A DNA stretch of 64,000 nucleotides, taken from assembly GCA_965200965.1 (NCBI GenBank), contig OZ241744.1, positions 2,176,001-2,240,000 of the forward strand, given 5' to 3'. Below the pieces are notes generated by a model. That model saw nothing but the letters and a program-made list of their open reading frames with translations. It made no database searches and was not told where the DNA came from. Numbering within the stretch: position 1 is the stretch's first letter; each line of letters opens with the position of its first letter. Shown here one piece after another: positions 1 to 8,354 of the stretch. This DNA is from an uncultured Candidatus Binatia bacterium. Its GTDB lineage: Bacteria; Desulfobacterota; Binatia; Bin18. Both the position numbers and the translations under genes were made by a program.

Positions 1-245
1 TATTACCGGGGAGCCGCCCTGAGGAGACACCGTTTCTGAGACGCCTATCAGAATCGCTCGCGAGATTTATGGTGAAATGGCGCGTATCTTCGATATCTGT
101 GCTATCGCCGTCATCGGCTTGCATATTGAAGGCGGCAAATTGATTCACATTGCAGTCTGGAGCCTGGGCTTGGGCCGGCGGCCCCCACAGCAAGGCACAG
201 GCTGCCAGGGCGAGGAACAGGGCGGTTTTCACAGGTGACACTTTG

Positions 246-261
246 CCCCCCCCCCCCCCCC
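246..261. repeat. C16 homopolymer tract (G16 on minus strand)
   Basis: Counted directly: ctttg-C16-gcgcc, in an intergenic position. Confidence 0.9.
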
Positions 262-360
262 GCGCCAGTTTTGGCGTAGAACATATGTGCATCTTCTTCT
301 ATCAGTATCACGATCTTGATCCGCGTTCAATCAGCCTGTTGTCTCGGCTCCTCAACACGC

Positions 361-382
361 GCCGGCTCTTGCACCCTGCGGC
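361..382 (+). repeat. 22-bp direct repeat, left copy (gccggctcttgcaccctgcggc)
   Basis: Exact match to 2466-2487; the pair brackets the four-gene tandem array. Confidence 0.9.
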
Positions 383-403
383 AGGTGGTCGTGCGTTCCT
401 GTG

Positions 404-892
404 TCAGGCTGCCCCTTTCGGCGGCGCAGTACGTTCAATCAGCGTCCGCAAGGCGAGCATGGTTTCTGCATGGCGTTCGGCGTGGGCGAGCGTGGCTTCT
501 GCATGGCGTTCGGCGTGGGTGCGCATGGCTTCCATGGTTTCGGCGTGGCGTTCGGCGTGGATGCGCATGGTTTCTGCATGGCGTTCGGCTTGAGTGCGCA
601 TGGCTTCCATGGTTTCGGCGTGGCGTTCGGCGTGGGTACGCGTGGCTTCTGCATGGCGTTCGGCTTGGGTGCGCATAGCTTCCATGGTTTCGGCGTGGCG
701 TTCGGCGTGCTGTTGTTCGCGGCGGTCGCCCATCCGTGCCATGTAGCGAATGCCGTAGCCGACGATCCCGGCCTGAATCAGCCCGACGGCCAGGGCAACC
801 CAGGCCTGCAGATGGGCGGCCGTGACCGCGGCCTCCTGCAAGGCGAGCGTGGCCTGCTCAAAGGTGGTGAGGGTGCCAGCGGTGTCAAACAT
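404..892 (-). CDS. Small membrane-anchored HAERHAE-repeat protein, copy 4 (162 aa, 7 repeat units)
   Basis: Constant 61-aa N-terminus with hydrophobic helix WVALAVGLIQAGIVGYGI; 3x14-aa + 4x11-aa repeats; C-terminal LRTLIERTAPPKGAA. Confidence 0.75.
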   Translation of the reverse strand: MFDTAGTLTTFEQATLALQEAAVTAAHLQAWVALAVGLIQAGIVGYGIRYMARMGDRREQQHAERHAETMEAMRTQAERHAEATRTHAERHAETMEAMRTQAERHAETMRIHAERHAETMEAMRTHAERHAEATLAHAERHAETMLALRTLIERTAPPKGAA

Positions 893-924
893 CAGGCGTC
901 GTCCAGGTGGTCTGCGTTCCTGTG

Positions 925-1479
925 TCAGGCTGCCCCTTTCGGCGGCGCGGTACGTTCAATCAGCGTCCGCAAGGCGAGCATGGCTTCTGCATGGCGTTCG
1001 GCGTGGGCGAGCGTGGCTTCTGCATGGCGTTCGGCTTGGGTGCGCATGGCTTCCATGGTTTCGGCGTGGCGTTCGGCGTGGGTACGCGTGGCTTCTGCAT
1101 GGCGTTCGGCTTGAGTGCGCATGGTTTCTGCATGGCGTTCGGCTTGAGTGCGCATGGCTTCCATGGTTTCGGCGTGGCGTTCGGCGTGGGTGCGCATGGT
1201 TTCTGCATGGCGTTCGGCGTGGGTGCGCGTGGCTTCTGCATGGCGTTCGGCTTGAGTGCGCATGGCTTCCATGGTTTCGGCGTGGCGTTCGGCGTGCTGT
1301 TGTTCGCGGCGGTCGCCCATCCGTGCCATGTAGCGAATGCCGTAGCCGACGATCCCGGCCTGAATCAGCCCGACGGCCAGGGCAACCCAGGCCTGCAGAT
1401 GGGCGGCCGTGACCGCGGCCTCCTGCAAGGCGAGCATGGCCTGCTCAAAGGTGGTGAGGGTGCCAGCGGTGTCAAACAT
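925..1479 (-). CDS. HAERHAE-repeat membrane protein, copy 3 (184 aa, 9 units)
   Basis: Same architecture; 3x14 + 6x11 aa; T15M variant in the N-terminus. Confidence 0.75.
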   Translation of the reverse strand: MFDTAGTLTTFEQAMLALQEAAVTAAHLQAWVALAVGLIQAGIVGYGIRYMARMGDRREQQHAERHAETMEAMRTQAERHAEATRTHAERHAETMRTHAERHAETMEAMRTQAERHAETMRTQAERHAEATRTHAERHAETMEAMRTQAERHAEATLAHAERHAEAMLALRTLIERTAPPKGAA

Positions 1480-1511
1480 CAGGCGTCGTCCAGGTGGTCT
1501 GCGTTCCTGTG

Positions 1512-1925
1512 TCAGGCTTCCCCTTTCGGCGGCGCAGTACGTTCAATCAGCGTCCGCAAGGCGAGCATGGCTTCTGCATGGCGTTCGGCGTGGGTGCGCG
1601 TGGCTTCTGCATGGCGTTCGGCTTGAGTGCGCATGGCTTCCATGGTTTCGGCATGGCGTTCGGCGTGGGCGAGCGTGGCTTCTGCATGGCGTTCGGCTTG
1701 AGTGCGCATGGCTTCCATGGTTTCGGCGTGGCGTTCGGCGTGCTGTTGTTCGCGGCGGTCGCCCATCCGTGCCATGTAGCGAATGCCGTAGCCGACGATC
1801 CCGGCCTGAATCAGCCCGACGGCCAGGGCAACCCAGGCCTGCAGATGGGCGGCCGTGACCGCGGCCTCTTGCAAGGCGAGCGTGGCCTGCTCAAAGGTGG
1901 TGAGGGTACCGGCGGTGTCAAACAT
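1512..1925 (-). CDS. HAERHAE-repeat membrane protein, copy 2 (137 aa, 5 units)
   Basis: Same architecture; 2x14 + 3x11 aa; ends KGEA. Confidence 0.75.
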   Translation of the reverse strand: MFDTAGTLTTFEQATLALQEAAVTAAHLQAWVALAVGLIQAGIVGYGIRYMARMGDRREQQHAERHAETMEAMRTQAERHAEATLAHAERHAETMEAMRTQAERHAEATRTHAERHAEAMLALRTLIERTAPPKGEA

Positions 1926-1957
1926 CAGGCGTCGTCCAGGTGGTCTGCGTTCCTGTG

Positions 1958-2404
1958 TCAGGCTGCCCCTTTCGGCGGCGCAGTACGTTCAATCAGCGTC
2001 CGCAAGGCGAGCATGGTTTCTGCATGGCGTTCGGCGTGGGCGAGCGTGGCTTCTGCATGGCGTTCGGCTTGGGTGCGCATGGCTTCCATGGTTTCGGCGT
2101 GGCGTTCGGCGTGGGTGCGCATGGTTTCTGCATGGCGTTCGGCTTGAGTGCGCGTGGCTTCTGCATGGCGTTCGGCTTGGGTGCGCATGGCTTCCATGGT
2201 TTCGGCGTGGCGTTCGGCGTGCTGTTGTTCGCGGCGGTCGCCCATCCGTGCCATGTAGCGAATGCCGTAGCCGACGATCCCGGCCTGAATCAGCCCGACG
2301 GCCAGGGCAACCCAGGCCTGCAGATGGGCGGCCGTGACCGCGGCCTCTTGCAAGGCGAGCGTGGCCTGCTCAAAGGTGGTGAGGGTGCCGGCAGTGTCAA
2401 ACAT
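1958..2404 (-). CDS. HAERHAE-repeat membrane protein, copy 1 (148 aa, 6 units)
   Basis: Same architecture; 2x14 + 4x11 aa; first in transcription order, unique upstream sequence. Confidence 0.75.
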   Translation of the reverse strand: MFDTAGTLTTFEQATLALQEAAVTAAHLQAWVALAVGLIQAGIVGYGIRYMARMGDRREQQHAERHAETMEAMRTQAERHAEATRTQAERHAETMRTHAERHAETMEAMRTQAERHAEATLAHAERHAETMLALRTLIERTAPPKGAA

Positions 2405-2465
2405 CAGGTACGTCCCGACCCGGCCTTTCTACCCTGTTTTATCTTGGTTATCCAGTAGCCAGTAG

Positions 2466-2487
2466 GCCGGCTCTTGCACCCTGCGGC
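2466..2487 (+). repeat. 22-bp direct repeat, right copy, overlapping a putative -35 box (TTGCAC) of the downstream operon
   Basis: Exact match to 361-382; TTGCAC followed 16 nt later by TATGCA upstream of the ATG at 2528. Confidence 0.85.
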
Positions 2488-2527
2488 CAGGGTGCTATGC
2501 AGGACTCTGGAAGGAACGAGAACCCAC

Positions 2528-3676
2528 ATGGCGGAGCAACGTTTTTCTCTGATTAGCGACGAAGCCCTGGCCGCCCTCCGGCAACTGATCAAGGTGCCGA
2601 TTGAGGACTCGCTGGAGCCGTGGTGCTATGAGGCCAGCCGCGACAACATCCGTCACTACGCCCACGGCATTGGCGACGATAACCCGCTGTGGTGTGACCC
2701 CGACTATGCCGCCACAACAGCCTACGGCACCCTGGCCGCTCCGCCGTCGTTTGTTTTTCCGCTGAACCGCATTCTGAGCGGCTATGTCGGCGGGCTGCCC
2801 GGCGTACACGCCATGTGGGCCGGGGCCGATATCAGCTGGCACAGCCCCATGCTGCGCGGCGACGAGTTCACCACCAAAGCCTGGCTCAAAGACCTGATTG
2901 AGCACGACACCCGTTTTGCCGGCCGGGCGATCCAGCAGGTCTACCATGTGGAGTACTACAATCAGACCGGGCGGCTGGTGGCCAGCGGCGACAGCTGGTG
3001 TTTTCGGACCGAGCGCGATACCGCCCGCGAGCGGGGCACCAAATACACCGCGCTCAAGCACCGCCAGCCTGTTCGCTATTCGCGTGACGCTCTTGCCCGA
3101 ATCTTTGCCCAGTACGCCGAGGAAAAAATCCGGGGGGCAACCCCACGCTATATTGAAGATGTGCAGGTCGGTGACAGCCTGCCGACTATGGTCAAAGGCC
3201 CGATGACAGTGACGGGCTTTATCTGCTACGCCCAGGGCTGGGGCGGGCTGTATATTCGGGCCAACCGTCTGGCCTGGAAGCAGCTCAAGAAACATCCCGG
3301 CCTGGGCATCCCGGACCGCTTCGGCATCCCTGATGTGCCCGAGCGGGTCCACTGGGACGGCGACCTGGCCGCCCTGGTCGGTACGCCCGACGCCTATGAC
3401 TACGGACCGGAGCGCACCTCGTGGATGACCCACCATCTGACCGACTGGATGGGCGACAGTGGCTTTCTGTGCCATATCCATGTGGAAATCCGGCGGCATA
3501 ATCCGGTCGGAGACACCCTGTACATCAACGGCGAGGTCAGGCGGATTTTTGCACAAGACCACGCCCACTACGTCGAGATTGCCCAGACTGCCACGAATCA
3601 GAATGACGAGTTGTCTGTCCATGCTACGGCCATCATCCGGCTCCCGTCACGGGTGCCGTCACTGCGAAAGGAGTAG
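2528..3676 (+). CDS. Double hot-dog (MaoC-like) acyl dehydratase/hydratase
   Basis: DNIRHYAHGIGDDNPLW..APPSF and a second hot-dog half (IEDVQVGDSLP, HWD..A, HHLTDWMG); start moved to MAEQRF with ggaagg RBS. Confidence 0.8.
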   Translation: MAEQRFSLISDEALAALRQLIKVPIEDSLEPWCYEASRDNIRHYAHGIGDDNPLWCDPDYAATTAYGTLAAPPSFVFPLNRILSGYVGGLPGVHAMWAGADISWHSPMLRGDEFTTKAWLKDLIEHDTRFAGRAIQQVYHVEYYNQTGRLVASGDSWCFRTERDTARERGTKYTALKHRQPVRYSRDALARIFAQYAEEKIRGATPRYIEDVQVGDSLPTMVKGPMTVTGFICYAQGWGGLYIRANRLAWKQLKKHPGLGIPDRFGIPDVPERVHWDGDLAALVGTPDAYDYGPERTSWMTHHLTDWMGDSGFLCHIHVEIRRHNPVGDTLYINGEVRRIFAQDHAHYVEIAQTATNQNDELSVHATAIIRLPSRVPSLRKE

Positions 3677-3679
3677 GCT

Positions 3680-5086
3680 ATGGCAACACTTTCATTACCC
3701 CCGACGGTCAGCGGTTCGGCCCCGGTTATTGGCCATGCGGTTGAGTTCCTCAGAGACCCGATTCCGCTCCTGGAACGCGGCTATCAGGAGCACGGCTCGG
3801 CGTTCTCGCTACGGCTCGGCACCAAGCCGGCGGTTGTCCTGCTCGGGCCCGACAACAACCGCTTCTTTTTTGCCGAAACCGATAAGCTGCTGTCGATCCG
3901 GGAAGGCTATCCGTTCTTCATCAAGATGTTCCACAAACGGTTTTACTTCTTTGCCGAGTTTGAAGAATATCTGGAGCAGCGGGCCATTGTCCTGCCCCGC
4001 TTCCAGGGCCAGCAGATGAACCAGTATGTCTCAACCATGGCCCAGGAGACCTGCGACCTGATTGAACGGCTGGGCGACAGCGGCTCGTTTGATCTGATTC
4101 CGACCCTCGGCCCGCTGGTGATGAATATCGCCGCCAATGCGTTTTTAGGCCCGGCCTTCCGGGGCGGGCTGGGCGGCGAGTTCTTTACCGACTTCCGGCA
4201 CTTCTCAGGCGGCATGGAGCCGGTCCTGCCGCTGTGGCTGCCCCTGCCCAAACTGCGCCGCAGCCAGAAGGCCAAGAAAAAGCTGCACCGGGTGCTGGGC
4301 GAGTTGATCGACACCCGTCGCCGGCAGCCGCCGGCTGAGCCCGATTTTCTCCAGACCCTGGTTGAGGCCCGCTTTTCTGATGGCCGGCCGGTTGATGATG
4401 AGCTGGTCATCAACCTGATCCTGCTGCTGGTATGGGCCGGCCACGAAACGACCGCCGGGCATATCAGCTGGGCGCTGATCGACCTGTTGCAGCATCCAGG
4501 TTATCTCCAGACCGTCCTTGACGACCAGGACGAGCACATCGGCGACCGCCAGGACCTGACAATGGCCGATGTGCGCCAGTTGTCGCGCATTGACTGGGCG
4601 GTCAAGGAGACCGAGCGGCTCCACCCGGTCGCCTATATTCTGATGCGGACCGCGGCCGAGGAGCTGGAAATCGGGGGGTTTCGGGTGCCGCAGGGCAGCC
4701 GGGTGTTTGCCGCCCCGTCAATCTCTCACCGGATGCCGGAGGTCTTTCCTGAGCCGGAGCGCTATGTCCCGGAGCGCTTCTCCCCGGCCCGGGACGAATC
4801 CCGCACCCCGCACAGTCTGATCGGCTTCGGTGGCGGGGTGCATCGCTGCGCCGGTGTCAACTTCGCCTATCTGGAGATGAAAGTCGCCCTGACCCTGCTG
4901 CTCCAGCACTATGAGTTCAACCTGCTGAACCCCGACCCCCAGCCGGTGGCCGGGGCGATGACCAAGTGGCCGGCCAGCCCGTGCCTGGTGAGCTATCAGC
5001 GGCGCTCCGGAGTGCCGAAGAGAGAGCGGCCGGTGGAGGAGACGCACCGCACGGCCAGCGCAGGACACTGCCCGGTCCACCACTGA
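3680..5086 (+). CDS. Cytochrome P450 (CYP51-like)
   Basis: I-helix AGHETT, ETER (ExxR), PERF, heme ligand FGGGVHRCAG; N-terminal PPTVSG..PVIGHAVEF. Confidence 0.92.
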   Translation: MATLSLPPTVSGSAPVIGHAVEFLRDPIPLLERGYQEHGSAFSLRLGTKPAVVLLGPDNNRFFFAETDKLLSIREGYPFFIKMFHKRFYFFAEFEEYLEQRAIVLPRFQGQQMNQYVSTMAQETCDLIERLGDSGSFDLIPTLGPLVMNIAANAFLGPAFRGGLGGEFFTDFRHFSGGMEPVLPLWLPLPKLRRSQKAKKKLHRVLGELIDTRRRQPPAEPDFLQTLVEARFSDGRPVDDELVINLILLLVWAGHETTAGHISWALIDLLQHPGYLQTVLDDQDEHIGDRQDLTMADVRQLSRIDWAVKETERLHPVAYILMRTAAEELEIGGFRVPQGSRVFAAPSISHRMPEVFPEPERYVPERFSPARDESRTPHSLIGFGGGVHRCAGVNFAYLEMKVALTLLLQHYEFNLLNPDPQPVAGAMTKWPASPCLVSYQRRSGVPKRERPVEETHRTASAGHCPVHH

Positions 5087-5087
5087 C

Positions 5088-5124
5088 CGTCCGGTTTCCT
5101 CTCCGATAGAGAGGAAACCGGACG
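5088..5124 (+). terminator. Perfect 16-bp stem-loop directly after the P450 stop
   Basis: cgtccggtttcctctc-cgata-gagaggaaaccggacg; no U-tract. Confidence 0.6.
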
Positions 5125-5237
5125 CGGGTCAAGCTGCGCCAGCAACCAATCAAGACAGTCCGATTGTCAAACCCCCAATGTTTGCCTGAAATAGTCCGCA
5201 GCCAAACGGGAGCCTGTACCGGAAGGCAGAAGTTCAC

Positions 5238-5957
5238 ATGACGAAACAGGAGAAAACAGCCAGCAACAGAGGAGAGGACTGGAATGTTGATATTACCGAA
5301 TTCTCCGTTGTTTTGCTTGCCACTTCCAACAATCCGTCAATTTTAAACCCGGATTTCCTGCAATATAACGACATCGTGGACGCGAGTCAGCAGATACAGG
5401 AGCCTCGTATTTCGACTCCAGCTTTTTCCCAAGTGATATTCCAGGACGGGCTCACCGTGACCGCCGACCCGGACCGCGTTATATTTGCGCAAACCAGAGG
5501 CAGATTGGCCACAGAAGACATTGTCTGCCCAGAAATAGCAAAACGCTATGTGAAGACAGTTCCGCACGTCACCTACCGCGCCGTCGGTATCAACCCGAAA
5601 GGCTTTAGACGCTCGGGGGACGGAGCACCTGACAGGGTAGCAAACGCTCTGACCGACAAAGGAGCATGGCTGTCATTCAAGGACACCATACCGGAAATTC
5701 AGCTCAAGGCGGTGTACCGTTATTCCGGACGGACAATTTTCCTGGACGTTATTGAAGCCAGACGAGAAGCTGACGGACGCCAAACTCCTGGAATACTGTT
5801 TCAGGCGAACATTCACCGTGATATCACAGAGACAAACCCGCAGAAGCGTACCGAGGGCTTGTTGTCTATTATCGACTCCTGGAAAGAAGACCTGTCCGAG
5901 TTTCATGTCCTGGTAAATAAGGTTCTACGAAAGGAAGCGGAATGCCCATTGAACTGA
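5238..5957 (+). CDS. Hypothetical protein, TIGR04255-like
   Basis: 239-aa ORF with SVVL..NPSILNPDFL, YRAVGIN and QANIHRD motifs recalled from that family; less GC-rich than flanks. Confidence 0.6.
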   Translation: MTKQEKTASNRGEDWNVDITEFSVVLLATSNNPSILNPDFLQYNDIVDASQQIQEPRISTPAFSQVIFQDGLTVTADPDRVIFAQTRGRLATEDIVCPEIAKRYVKTVPHVTYRAVGINPKGFRRSGDGAPDRVANALTDKGAWLSFKDTIPEIQLKAVYRYSGRTIFLDVIEARREADGRQTPGILFQANIHRDITETNPQKRTEGLLSIIDSWKEDLSEFHVLVNKVLRKEAECPLN

Positions 5958-6745
5958 ACTCTCAAACAGACAGGGCGAATATCACCACAACGGTTGAGAC
6001 TCCGCAGTATGATTGGGACCAATCTCTACTCTCCTGCGACCAGCCCACGACCCCAGACACAGCAATCATGCAGCGGCTTGGCTTGGCGTATGATCGAGGC
6101 CAACTTGGGTCTCGTGAGCCGGTTCCATGTGTTCCGAATTCCCCGACCCCTCTTTCCAGTTGGAGCGGGACAGAATATCAATCCGATAATACCCAGGCCG
6201 AAGAGCAATTAGCACAAAGGGCTTTGTCCATTCTTCCCCAGTTGATGCCCCAGGTAAACCGATTCCTCAGCGAGATCATCTCGGCCTGGACCACCCCCCA
6301 GTTGATGCCTCGGGTAGACCGACAGGCTTTCCCAGCAGCTCGGAACATCCTGGCTGAGTTTGTCGTGCGTGGTGCGAGCAGTTTCCCGGTCTCACTCGTC
6401 AACGCTTTGGGGGATCTCCAGGAAGTGACCGATGAGGCGTGTGAAGAAGGGCTCCCTCTACCGTCTGATGTGGCGCGACAAAACGCAGACCGCCTGTTGC
6501 GAAAAATGTATACAATCTCGCCCCGTCGTTTCGAGGTATATCCTACACAGGATGGCGAGATTGCCATTGACGCGCCGGATGGGCACGGGCGATCAGTGCT
6601 GTTGCTGTGCGATTCAGAAGGGGGGGCGCTGTGCCTCGTCAATATGAACGGGAACCATCGCCGCGCCCGGTATTCCACTACCGACACGCTTCCTGATGGC
6701 TTCGTGCGTGAAGCCTTGGCCGATCTGGAACGGCAGAGTGATTGA
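5942..6745 (+). CDS. Hypothetical protein, second gene of a coupled trio
   Basis: Overlaps the upstream gene by 16 nt; low-complexity N-half with internal PQLMPxVxR duplication; C-terminal EVYPTQDGEIAID domain. Confidence 0.6.
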   Translation: MPIELNSQTDRANITTTVETPQYDWDQSLLSCDQPTTPDTAIMQRLGLAYDRGQLGSREPVPCVPNSPTPLSSWSGTEYQSDNTQAEEQLAQRALSILPQLMPQVNRFLSEIISAWTTPQLMPRVDRQAFPAARNILAEFVVRGASSFPVSLVNALGDLQEVTDEACEEGLPLPSDVARQNADRLLRKMYTISPRRFEVYPTQDGEIAIDAPDGHGRSVLLLCDSEGGALCLVNMNGNHRRARYSTTDTLPDGFVREALADLERQSD

Positions 6746-7154
6746 ACCTGTGCATGTTCCCAAAGATATTGCACCCGAAGAGGAACTCGGACGTGGTGTG
6801 TTTTCGGAGAAACACAAGCACCGCGCTACACGCTCGCGTGTTCCGTTCCATGTGTTTCTGGAAAAACCGGGGAAGACCGAGATTTCTGTTGACAGGTTGA
6901 GGATCGCTCCACCGGGTGAAGCGCGTACAATTGCCGACAAAGTAGCTGCGGCGCGTAAGCGTGCTTTTCACGGATGGGCCTTCGTTATTGCTGAACGGGC
7001 TGTCAGCAATAAGCGGCGGGTGACTGCGAGTCCGCTTCCCGACAATCCCTATCACGCGGACATCATACTGCCGCAGCTTGCTGCCGATGATCGAGCAGAG
7101 CAGAAGCGACACGCTCAAGAATTGGCGGATGCTTCAGAGTGGCGTGGTCGTTGA
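6738..7154 (+). CDS. Small hypothetical protein, possible ADP-ribosyltransferase/RES-like toxin fold
   Basis: GTG start overlapping the previous stop; LGRGV, EISVDR, DNPYHADI motifs. Fold is inference. Confidence 0.55.
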   Translation: MIEPVHVPKDIAPEEELGRGVFSEKHKHRATRSRVPFHVFLEKPGKTEISVDRLRIAPPGEARTIADKVAAARKRAFHGWAFVIAERAVSNKRRVTASPLPDNPYHADIILPQLAADDRAEQKRHAQELADASEWRGR

Positions 7155-7194
7155 AGGACGGCTATTCCCCGGATCGGACAGCAAACGCTCTTGC

Positions 7195-8343
7195 CTAATA
7201 CTGACGCAGCCGCGCCCAGCGCTCCCGGTGCCAGGCCGCATCCCCAAAGGTCATCTCGGCCACCCGGGCGCGTTTGATGTAAAACCCCACATCATGCTCA
7301 TCGGTCATGCCGATGCCGCCGTGCATCTGCACGCCCTCGTTGGCGGCTGACACAAAGGTGTCCGAGCAGCGTGCTTTGGCCAGCGAAATCAGCGCTGCCG
7401 CCTCAGCATCATCGGCATCAACAGCCCGGGCCGCGGCCATGACCGCAGAGCGAGCCAGTTCAATGTCCATGAACAGCCGGGCCGCCCGGTGTTTGAGCGC
7501 CTGGAAGCTGCCGATCAGCGCCCCGAACTGGGCCCGCGTCTTCAAATAGTCCAGGGTCGTCTCGAAGAGCTGGGTCATCCCGCCGAGCATCTCCGCGCAT
7601 AAGCCAACCGTTGCCCGATCGACGACCTGAGACAGGGCCGGGAACCCCGCGCCGAGCGGGCCAATCACGCTCTCCGTCCCGACTTTCACATCCTCCAGGC
7701 CCACCAGAGCAACGGCCCGACAGTCAACCCGCGACTGGGGTGTGATGCTGACACCGGGCGCATCTTTGGGGAGCAGGAACAGGCTGATGCCATGAGGGTC
7801 GGCCTTCCCGCCAGATGTCCGGGCCGAGATAATCAGCGCGTCCGCGCTGGAGCCGTCAAGGACCTGGACCTTTTCGCCCGAGAGATGCCACGCCTCGCCC
7901 CCGGCGGTGGCGGTGGTGCTGACCCGGTTCAGGTCGTAGCGGCTGCCGGCCTCTTGACAGGCCAGGCTGAGGATCTTTTCGCCGGCGGCAATGCCCGGCA
8001 GCCAGGCGCGTTTCTGGTCAGCGCTGCCGGCACCGGCCAGCAGTTGGCCGGCCAGCAGCACAGTCGAGAGAAACGGCTCGGGGGCGAGGTTGCGGCCGAG
8101 GGCTTCGATGACCACGGCAAAATCGGCCATGCCCAGCCCGGCCCCGCCGTACTCTTCTGGAATCAGTATACCGACCCAGCCCAGCCCGGCCATGTCCTGC
8201 CACAGTGAGCGGGAAAAGCCGACCGGGTCTCCAGCGTCGCGCAAGGCCCGCACGCGGGAGAGGGGCGAGTTGGCCCGCACATAGTCAAGCGCGGTTTGCG
8301 CCAGAAGTTCCTGGTCTTGGGTAAGAACGAGTTGCTGCGCCAC
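7195..8343 (-). CDS. Acyl-CoA dehydrogenase (short partner subunit type)
   Basis: RAQFGALIGSFQALKH and QMHGGIGMT motifs. Confidence 0.92.
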   Translation of the reverse strand: MAQQLVLTQDQELLAQTALDYVRANSPLSRVRALRDAGDPVGFSRSLWQDMAGLGWVGILIPEEYGGAGLGMADFAVVIEALGRNLAPEPFLSTVLLAGQLLAGAGSADQKRAWLPGIAAGEKILSLACQEAGSRYDLNRVSTTATAGGEAWHLSGEKVQVLDGSSADALIISARTSGGKADPHGISLFLLPKDAPGVSITPQSRVDCRAVALVGLEDVKVGTESVIGPLGAGFPALSQVVDRATVGLCAEMLGGMTQLFETTLDYLKTRAQFGALIGSFQALKHRAARLFMDIELARSAVMAAARAVDADDAEAAALISLAKARCSDTFVSAANEGVQMHGGIGMTDEHDVGFYIKRARVAEMTFGDAAWHRERWARLRQY

Positions 8344-8354
8344 GGTGCTCTCTC

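Larger units (their letters stand above)
404..2404 (-). repeat. Nested tandem array: four gene-sized units with internal 33-bp and 42-bp repeats
   Basis: Unit periods 521, 587 and 446 bp; differences are sums of 33 and 42 bp; 32-bp intergenic spacers appear identical. Confidence 0.95.

Noticed and set aside
1-124. Possible minus-strand ORF running off the left edge (MQADDG...)
   Set aside because: Too short, no RBS or recognisable motif.
404-2404. Array as a CRISPR-like repeat-spacer locus
   Set aside because: No unique spacers; units are contiguous codon-multiple coding repeats.
150-2458. Long + strand ORFs over the array (GFCMAFGVG, SAWRSAW, LHGVRR repeats)
   Set aside because: Antisense shadows of stop-poor repeats; they cross unit boundaries and change frame, whereas the minus-strand ORFs match the units and have dispersed paralogues.
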